NCBI GenBank assembly: GCA_965219575.1
Contig: OZ244779.1
Location: forward strand, 1,292,769-1,356,768
Direction: 5' to 3'
Length of the DNA stretch: 64,000 bases
From: Candidatus Oxydemutatoraceae bacterium
Lineage (GTDB): Bacteria; Pseudomonadota; Gammaproteobacteria; Poriferisulfidales; Oxydemutatoraceae
Both the position numbers and the translations under genes were made by a program. The number at the start of each line of letters is the position of its first letter. Positions within the stretch are counted from its first letter, which is position 1. Shown piece by piece: positions 12,001 to 15,574 of this stretch. The notes beneath the pieces were generated by a model. It searched no databases, was not told the origin of the DNA, and saw only the letters and a program-made list of their open reading frames with translations.

Positions 12001-12319
12001 TACGGACGGAATAAATCCTGTTCCCGAAATAGCTTACCGATGGCAAAAGGAACTGTTGGGCAGCTGGTCGGATATCAATGGTGCCACCGCTCAAAGTTAT
12101 ACCGTCGAGGGTATTATAGGTGACCGCTACCGTGTATTGGTCGATTATACCGATAAGCAGGGTTATAGACATCAAAGCGTTGCATCTTCGGCAGTATCGG
12201 TACCGCAGCAATTTACTTATGATGTTCAGAAATCTAGAAGTGCCGTAAGAACTGTAATGGATCGGGCACCGGGTATTTTCATACATATCAGAGTACTCCC
12301 CGAAGGCCTTCTACGGTAA
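5..12319 (+). CDS. Giant modular surface protein/adhesin (GLUG-like beta-helix modules, DxDxDG Ca-binding-like motifs, cadherin-like beta-sandwich domains); 5' part lies outside the window
   Basis: 4104-aa open frame from the window edge. Seven repeats of the module DxDxDGLIEI..L.AIRY.LDGSGY..GC.GYEL..DLDF..W.PIG..F.GNG.TI.NL / GGLVGxN..I.NSYA.G.V coils / SYWD..WDFG..YP.L.Y / L.P.F..Y beta-sandwich. Colinear with the 21394-39036 paralog from about 26795 onward. Confidence 0.85.
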   Translation: MDAVRHQLDGSGYRADAGSVKITSGCPSAGCRGYELLRDLDFNDAAGYRNADANMGRWTGAGAWQPIGSDRATFTATFKGNNKTIANLSVRAGGGLFTAIGSDSRVAYIDGIGLSAVDIKGDVVAGIAASCVQCTISNSYVIGNIQGTAAVAGLLNTISATNGGRASISNSYFIGNLAVNGPSAVGGGLVGDVDSDLTITDSYVVGRITAEHDDGFIGGLVGVRTSSALDIVNSYASIAATKADVSQGLFGGNRNPSARLAPTVHTSYLDKDISQAEVTLGKLKSTVALQSQAPTTPTDSIYKDWDTDDWDFGTAKQYPAIKYNLQAHATDGDAHCGTADIRRRPDACRTLLRHQGSLLQDLKLSEGLGLSSPFAHTSFDYGISVNADRSTIRMLPTAFNEIATIEVIKDDNAIGETDSGKWTVPIPLNDSGDTVFSLVVKDGKRHSYRYRFVVNRLGIVAQSIDEDGDGFIDISNATHLDAVRHRLDGSAYQQSETVDALYCSNGCSGYELTADIDLAGVEWQPIGSLNEPFSGVFRGNGHTISNLTIKTGNATGMGLFEVIGAGGRVENVGLVNVNIAGQNNVGTIAGYNFGTIINSHADGNLVVVNSYVGGLVGRNNGGTIVNSYANVDVHANNIYAGGLVGWNEANSFIVNSYAIGTVRANNGLAGGLVGSSPKGAKIHNSYAAGDVRVQTDGNLAGGLIASGGLIVSSYYKAGAVISRANSLIGIDKTAVELKAGVPSDDIYTEWDRADWHFGNTEQYPALLYAPANADDTACRQPSLEQLSACNGGLFGALSEHDRAVVCRSHLPRLPEQTPYCGALLPEQRAGLVRLEFSKNASLIPAFNPEIYDYDLVVDSGITFRTTPTAYYGSDTITVNIDDLGSSTSSGRSSSITLNDDLDSIVLRVQSATPGMPTRYTIKVLQDIAVVDGLITIDYLEDLNLMRHSLEQVSATLKDCPIDTEDGVRRCKGYRLVGDLDFKNPTSYRAGNLNPIWTTGSGWQPIGNRSNPFSGLFSGNAHTLSNLRIHDIPVGDIGLFGVVADDARIENIGLLNADIDVDNSRHSLFDIGGLVGENYGEIINSHVVGGRVRGDFFVGGLVGRNEGGTIVNSHANVSVNGRTNITGGLVGSNAIDGKIHNSYASGAVVGNDFVGGLVGISTGDIRNSYASGAVVGNGFVGGLVGELSQQGIEVSNSYAIGKVTGRRLVGGLIGSITNAGIRDAVNASYWDIDTSNITGSVAGIGKTTAELRTPAIGNGIYSNWDGNDWYSESSSQYPALRYTGATDVVARPACRETGDDGAELPICGDLLPDQSIGLSNLARSNRTGQVLLLRPDFNSGIYDYELILKSDAREFSIIPYTFNPDAVITLNDDSETNRHRELRSGKGTTLTIGDIDDLLLTLAVEDRLISGTTQTTLYSIKVSKHSFVTVNDIDEDDDGLIEVRSADDLNAIRYQLDGSGYKADRDDTKITVGCPTTPTVGCKGYELAASIDLSGFDWHPIGVIDATTLDCNDTQSRCFAAIFDGNRALGYEISGLSIATSQRDNVGLFAALADAAQVKNLNLADVEVGGHFGVGSLTAYNAGAIDNSSADGTVAGEHAVGGLVAYNVGRISDSYAYGAVSGDRIVGGLVARNESSGVIANSYSLNRVSGNTGIGGLVALNLGAIANTYASGVVEGVTLIGGLVGDNGGSVRNSYATADIVCTGVPACTSYTVATGGLIGRNTGGIAVNSYWDTGVSNIRISAGGVGKTTLQLQSGSGQSSDASRAYYRWRSSDWHFGDVYQYPILKYTGGSENTLAGLQSYGLASLTIAEVVTLSPNFNTTKLHYRVGVDLDANIKRLHLTPNALDEDATIRIFSDNGFDETIKTGTGSSAIVLHSTATTVIGVEVSGDRRVRYRFEVNYFSSGTKRDVDTDRDGLIEILTLEDLDAMRNALDGKSLRHQNADGVSIKNARGCPMTGCRGYELLRDLDFDNPAHYRTGSVNTAWTSGASWQPIGTQRHPFTATFKGNGYTISNLKVNRPDSDGGLFGVIDGSESNVVIESLGLSDVDIVGGAHVGGLVGTNRAGDIRKSYVIGSVTTRGYGTSEMVGGLVGRNIAGSITESYSETQVKANLAAELSVALAGGLVALNDDRSRIENSYAIGSVVGRDSVGGLVALNRNSSEIVDSYAVNKAIAIGAMSKVGGLVAVNDAVVGDSYWDIEVSGVVSSAGGTSATTITLQSSTPTSPINSVYRNWDADVWEFSDAGRYPTLKALDHASLLAPDGKSLLQSLTLSDNVRLFPSFHPLIFDYDLIAESGQIAEVRLNTTSTRAATTIDIACSTGLVCSSGIPMSFVLNGSDTPEITITTNNSDAGVLSYNFSVRYGEPNIKRVTATTTTVISLPLAVAEGERVRLIASYDFGLSADLYHYRWRQSTGDALRFNDMQSPVDTQSAVLDFTVPGNVVSQQDDRRVVRLILEIVVNEAVYLSKVLPLIISKRDNDAASRIRVLKDDDKLHTYTVKFERADGSEFVDRDGGFTETFIQWQRRRSEAESWIDLASTPTYTIPNEGNYQYRALALYEDNQGYRGQFESEVIDYSDIDDDGDGLIEIRYLEELDAIRYRLDGSGYKATASVDKITTGCPLVNGIEKCRGYELMNDLDFNDNESYRALDPSLLKNSWTVSDFTDASDLGWQPIGGFNAVFNGNGYTISNMQINRSVGNTNSIGLFSQIGAVGKVKNLGLVDPTIKGLVGIKNVGGIAGAIQRGGVIINSHVVGDVGAGNTDKIITGDVGFAGGRGFIGGLVGWNRGFILNSYAKINVVAEDSGTLENKRVGVGGLVGRNIDGGKVYNSYATGEVKGPCVVGGLVGNQFSANSDSLLTRSEIKNSYATGNVETGFGTCVNSNNKFAGGLVGFNNNSRVENSYTLGEVLGDGTRGGLVAGKFPVGNTSIANPINSYWNYEQNCHFAVSFGFVLGVQCFGITGGTKNVRIPNNLRSPIAPNTMFNSCVESYAGGLDPEDVCTTYVGWNTADWDFGTTKQYPALKYGVGLDRNAPGCDTDPKTALPSCNALLPGQIADTVLLNSLSVSANSSAVRLIPSFMPSRFNYEAIIVAETVPALIKVATGVEEDTAITIRKDGGAPLIKQSDGTVQISTNDSFNLGIKTTSGDERAANYRIQVHLSYLPQPKILQVINASTPTELIKENILSLSEGDVVRFDASRSFGPNNSRLDYRWSQVSGKPLLSGIRTASTGELMIPVDLFAEDEDDSTVILKLELSESNNPASALSIEIPLSVRKANNGNAESGVKWINSDTLSAGDLSDDIDGDPLIDVAYLWSSEQNGRFVAIPGATRKSYTPPENARNAQYRVSISYTDAQGYRTTAHYDAPQFITIANFVDKDSDGLIEIETLEALDAIRYQTDGSGYRASSTTMMITTGCPLVNGVEKCRGYELVKDLDFLDDAGYSSTANKVAWTTGAGWQPIGIVANNDCSDAASDCFAAILEGNGYSISNLRINRDTTDEIGLFAGNTGTIRNLGLSEIEVTGNSRVGGLVGRNEGGLMNIYVVEGKVEGQNNVIGLLTGIGVSGSSIINSYVIGTVIGSRFVGGICGINYGDMIGSYAVADVSAQREAGGLVGENQGTIGNSYTSGSVSINEKERAVGGLVGVLWSGGRIDNSYSTAEVKTDFVATANSDAQYVGGLIGNRESPSLQVNNSYWDTDASGRTNSSGGGIAKTKAELQMPTVAGARVNAIYYNWDADRWDFGTSEAYPALKYYDNTCVTATPSPDCGRLLLHQRIGLRDIKLEQNVEGERLYLSPDFDSTVTAYTVSVHADASELGIIPLAANPDADIVADGKVLSANHSGYTIAIDTSEPTSTVIEVSASNSMGTEDPIAYRLTVNNRLPEIDINAPASISEGETLRLNASIADADGDELRYSLSAITDLLPDLEETTGTAVGGADSVYALNIPSDLLGERQSTDNIKIMLTVEDGMSVMNKTVRISIIKENNGVISVATPTLNGFTYTVGNIDLSSDTDGINPVPEIAYRWQKELLGSWSDINGATAQSYTVEGIIGDRYRVLVDYTDKQGYRHQSVASSAVSVPQQFTYDVQKSRSAVRTVMDRAPGIFIHIRVLPEGLLR

Positions 12320-12323
12320 TCCA

Positions 12324-12370
12324 TTTCCCTCCTGTGGAGGGGTGGCAGGTTGAGCCTGACGGGGTGATCG
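12324..12370. repeat. Repeat family A (CCCTCC-N3-GGAGGG-TGGC ... TTGAGCCTGACGGGGTGATCG), copy 1
   Basis: Hairpin 5 bp after the stop at 12319; the same element recurs at 20834 and 56319, each right after a + strand stop codon. Confidence 0.75.
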
Positions 12371-12378
12371 CCGGGGGA

Positions 12379-12669
12379 GGGCTGTTGAAAAAGTATCCAC
12401 GAACCGTAGGGGCGGACTTGCATGTCCGCCCGTGACGCGTTGGTCGGCACGATTTATACATTCATTCACCCGATTTATGGAAACCAAAACCATGCAGCGC
12501 AAGCGGTTACGGTTATTCTGGACAGTACTTAAGGGCAGACATCAGAGTTGCCGATTGACCTACCGGCTCAATCGGCGGCTTTATACCGCCCCTACGGCTT
12601 GGTGGTTATTATAAATTCAAGGCGTGCAGCGGTTGGGTTTGAGCGATGCCCGCACTTTTTCAACAGCCC
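12379..12669. mobile_element. Non-autonomous MITE-like element with terminal inverted repeats, containing a REP-like hairpin and the 27-bp palindrome
   Basis: Terminal IRs GGGCTGTTGAAAAAGT ... ACTTTTTCAACAGCCC; internal GTAGGGGCGGAC-TTGCAT-GTCCGCCC hairpin at about 12406-12431; related copies at 13860, 20976, 40754, 51522 and 56399-56478. Confidence 0.8.
12550..12576. repeat. 27-bp palindrome family D (GCCGATTGA-CCTACCGGC-TCAATCGGC), representative of 10 copies
   Basis: Copies start at 12550, 13771, 15393, 20915, 21270, 40846, 51573, 51734, 56399 and 60808, in both orientations. Confidence 0.9.
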
Positions 12670-12830
12670 AAGCGTGTCTGAATCAGTTAATCTCTCTCCT
12701 TCGGAAGAGAATATCACCCTCTAATATACCGTTCAACATGTATTTACTACCGTTCATCGATTTGTTTCCCACCCTACTCAATACCGGGTTTAGGGTAGAT
12801 GTTTTACACCCAATTTATAGGAGATTTACT

Positions 12831-13779
12831 ATGGATGAAAAACATCTCGGATACTTAGACTTGACAAAAGATATTTCCTTTAAGCGATACTTGTCGATCA
12901 ATAAGCAAGTATTGTTCTCGTTGATTAAGAGCTTCCTGCCGACCTCCGATAATGCGCCGGATATGATGACATTCAACCCCGGCATACTCAACCCTGCATC
13001 CAAAACTGCAAATCAACAAAGCCGATCGGGCGATAAGCTACATCTGCAGGATAGTTCTATCCCACCGGACACACCGGGTGGCAAACAGGTTGTGCTAGAC
13101 CTCCATGTCAAGTTACATAGCGGTGAGAATATCAACATAGAGATGCAGGGCTACTCTCAAAAGGACTTCTTTAGTAGAATGTTGGCTTATTGGGTGCAGT
13201 TGCACTCTTATGGTATGAGGCGTGGGCAGAAGTTTGATCAGATTGATCCGAGCTACTTACTGGTGTTTACTCGGTTCACGGTGTTTGATGAAGAGGACTA
13301 TATAAACGAGACAATAATCACTCTGCGTAAGCATCGGCATAAAGAATTGACTAAGGACTTTGGGTTGGTGATAGTGGAATTGAGCAAGTTCAACAAGAAC
13401 TACCTTGAGTTGGTTGATATGACGGATAGGTGGTGCTATCATCAAGCACTCGGCGGAATTGACGGCTGAGCAAGTAAAGCATTTATCACAAGACGGAGAG
13501 ACGAAGATGGCATTAAAACATTTAGAGAAAGTATCAAAAGAGAATAGAGAGTACTGGAACGCTATATTGCTAGAAAGACAAGAGTGGGACCGCCACGTGA
13601 GAAAGCAAGAGATCATGGAAGAAGTCAAGGCAGAAGGGTTGGCAGAAGGTAAAGTAAAAAGAGATCACGAAATTGCTTTGAACATGTTGCAAAAAGGCCT
13701 GAAGGTTTCGTTGATTTCCGAAGTCACGGGTTTATCTGCCGACGAGATTAAACAGCTAAAGAGTAGAACTGCCGATTGA
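12831..13779 (+). pseudogene. Rpn family recombination-promoting nuclease/putative transposase (PD-(D/E)XK), frameshifted at about 13440
   Basis: AGGAG SD before ATG 12831; motifs D.SFKRY, VLDL.VK..INIEMQ, RML.YW, ELSKF, WCY. The C-terminal EG.AEG..EIALNML.KG..SLISEVTGLS..EI..L segment is in another frame. Join: TGG TGC TAT C ATC AAG CAC (WCY/IKHSAELTAEQ). A sequencing error cannot be excluded. Confidence 0.8.
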
Positions 13780-14009
13780 GCCGATAGATCAATCGACAGA
13801 GACGAGATGAGCCTTTTAACTATTTAGGTGGATAAATGGATAATTGTGCAGACATTCTTGGGGCTGTTGAAGAAGTGAGGACATCGTTCAAACCCAATCG
13901 CTGTGCGCCGTGAATACTTGCAAACCACCTGTAGGGGCGGACTAACATGATGCCTTATTAAAAATCAAGCCATTTTATTCATTTTTTATCTCCTTTTTTG
14001 AGTATCGAT

Positions 14010-14996
14010 TCAGGATGCAGATGCGCAACAATAATTCGGGTCAAACGGCTTCCTGTATCTGAGTATTCCGTAAATAATACGTGCCAGCTTATGGGCGCAA
14101 GCAACAATAATCTGCTTTTTAGTTAACTCCGGACGCCGCCGACTTAATTGGTCGGCAAAGGCACGGATGATTGGGTTATGAACCCGTGCCGAGAGTGCCG
14201 CCATAAACAGCAGGGTGCGCAGTTCGGCATCGCCCATTTTAGAGATATGCGCCTTCGCCTCGTAGTTGCCGGACTGCCGGCGCCTTGGGTTGAGACCGAC
14301 ATAGACTGCGAATTGCTCTGCGTTATCAAATGTCTTATCATTGAAAACAGCACACAGGGCAATCGCCGTCTGAGTGCCGATGCCGGTAATGGAACACAGC
14401 AACTGCTCAAGCTCTGCGAGTTGCTCGTCTTGAGCGATAATTCGCTCCATTTCGGCATCCTGCTTAGCAATCTGCTTGTCAAAGTATCTCAGGTTCTCAG
14501 CTGCTCGTTTTTTTTGCCTTGCATCGCATAAGGTTTTCATACAATTACTTAACCCGGTATGATCTTTGACTAATTGCCTGCGCACTTTTCGTGCATCTCT
14601 CAAGGCGAGTGCAGTCGGTGACGGCATTTGCCAATCTTTACCGTCAACAGCGAATGCGAACAGTGCGATGAGCCGCGCATCATCGCGATCGGTTTTATTG
14701 TGCATACCAAGCGATTTACGGAAGCTGGCAACCTGCGCCGGTTTGACAATCCTAATCGGATGTTGCGCCAGATAGCCGGCTTTGCACAGGGCGAACTCAA
14801 AACCGCCGGTGGCTTCAACACAGATGCGACAGTGCGGTGCGCAGTGTTTGCTAGCCCAAGCTAACAGTTGCTTAATGCCTTTGGCATCATTGCTAAATTG
14901 TGCCTCGGCAAAACTATTATCGGTGAATAATAGAGCGGCCTCTAAAGTGTCTTTAGAGACATCCACGCCGATTATGGCAGGGTGTTTGTTTTCCAT
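14010..14996 (-). CDS. IS110 family DEDD recombinase/transposase
   Basis: GVDVSKD, VEATG, KTDRDDA (DEDD RuvC-like), ITGIG HhH, GLNP..RQSG catalytic-Ser motif, ISKMG..LR..L, ACAHKLARIIY. GGAGG SD favours ATG 14996 over 15011. Confidence 0.95.
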   Translation of the reverse strand: MENKHPAIIGVDVSKDTLEAALLFTDNSFAEAQFSNDAKGIKQLLAWASKHCAPHCRICVEATGGFEFALCKAGYLAQHPIRIVKPAQVASFRKSLGMHNKTDRDDARLIALFAFAVDGKDWQMPSPTALALRDARKVRRQLVKDHTGLSNCMKTLCDARQKKRAAENLRYFDKQIAKQDAEMERIIAQDEQLAELEQLLCSITGIGTQTAIALCAVFNDKTFDNAEQFAVYVGLNPRRRQSGNYEAKAHISKMGDAELRTLLFMAALSARVHNPIIRAFADQLSRRRPELTKKQIIVACAHKLARIIYGILRYRKPFDPNYCCASAS

Positions 14997-15057
14997 AATA
15001 ATATCCTCCATTATGGTTGTTCAGTGAATAAAATACTCGGTAGCCAGTTCAGGAAAG

Positions 15058-15225
15058 TATGACTACGCCGCCCACACAGGTAAATACGAGATCTAAAGTC
15101 TCAAGCTGCCTTCCGAGCTCTATAGTCATAGCGCCGGAGGAGTGCTTTTCATGCTAACAGGCTTTAATGCCTCGTCCGTCCTGCGGCGTGTCTCCTCCGA
15201 CTTCCTAGGTACTGCAACTACCTAA
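15058..15225 (-). ncRNA. Putative IS110 bridge RNA (5' hairpin, target-binding loop, donor-binding loop)
   Basis: Stems by eye: TAGGTA/TACCTA hairpin; GTCGGAGGAG (15201-15192) / CTCCTCCGGC (15142-15133) with inner AGGC/GCCT; TATGACTAT (15130-15122) / GTAGTCATA (15066-15058) with inner GAGA/TCTC. Loop segments match the target and donor sequences. RNA ends are approximate. Confidence 0.8.
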
Positions 15226-15574
15226 GCATTTATCTTATATAAATAAGCTAGGGTTTAATATACCTGTCCGCCCGTAACGCGTTGGTCGGCACGATTTATA
15301 CATTCATTCATTCAATTTATGGAAACCAAAACCAAATGGCGCAAAGCGGTTAGGTTTGTGCATGACGTTAGTTAAGGGCAGACATCAGAGTTGCCGATTG
15401 ACCTACCGGCTCAATCGGCGGCTTTATACTGCCCCTACGGCTTGGTGGTTATTATAAATTCACGGCGCAAGCGGTTACGGTTGCAAGCTGACGATACTTT
15501 TTCAACAGTCCCACATCGTAAATTTGCATATATGTCAGATTACACTATAATTTATTCCAGTACTCCTCAATATC

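Larger units (their letters stand above)
13950..15266 (-). mobile_element. IS110-family insertion sequence (IS621-like layout: long 5' non-coding end, short 3' end), CA core
   Basis: Boundaries defined against empty sites at 12418-12431 and 21089-21102; TG (CA on the element strand) is present at both junctions, 13948-13949 and 15265-15266; no terminal IRs. Confidence 0.9.
13860..15512. mobile_element. MITE copy interrupted by IS110
   Basis: Left TIR GGGGCTGTTGAAGAAGT at 13860 and right TIR ACTTTTTCAACAGTCCC ending at 15512. Removing 13950-15266 restores the REP hairpin GTAGGGGCGGACTAACATGTCCGCCCGTAAC seen intact in other copies. Confidence 0.85.

Noticed and set aside
12432-12614. Small similar ORFs at 12432, 15391, 20933, 21058 and 40680 (e.g. 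MPIDLPAQSAALYCPYG..)
   Set aside because: They are translations of the non-coding MITE/REP repeats in inconsistent frames, not a conserved peptide family.
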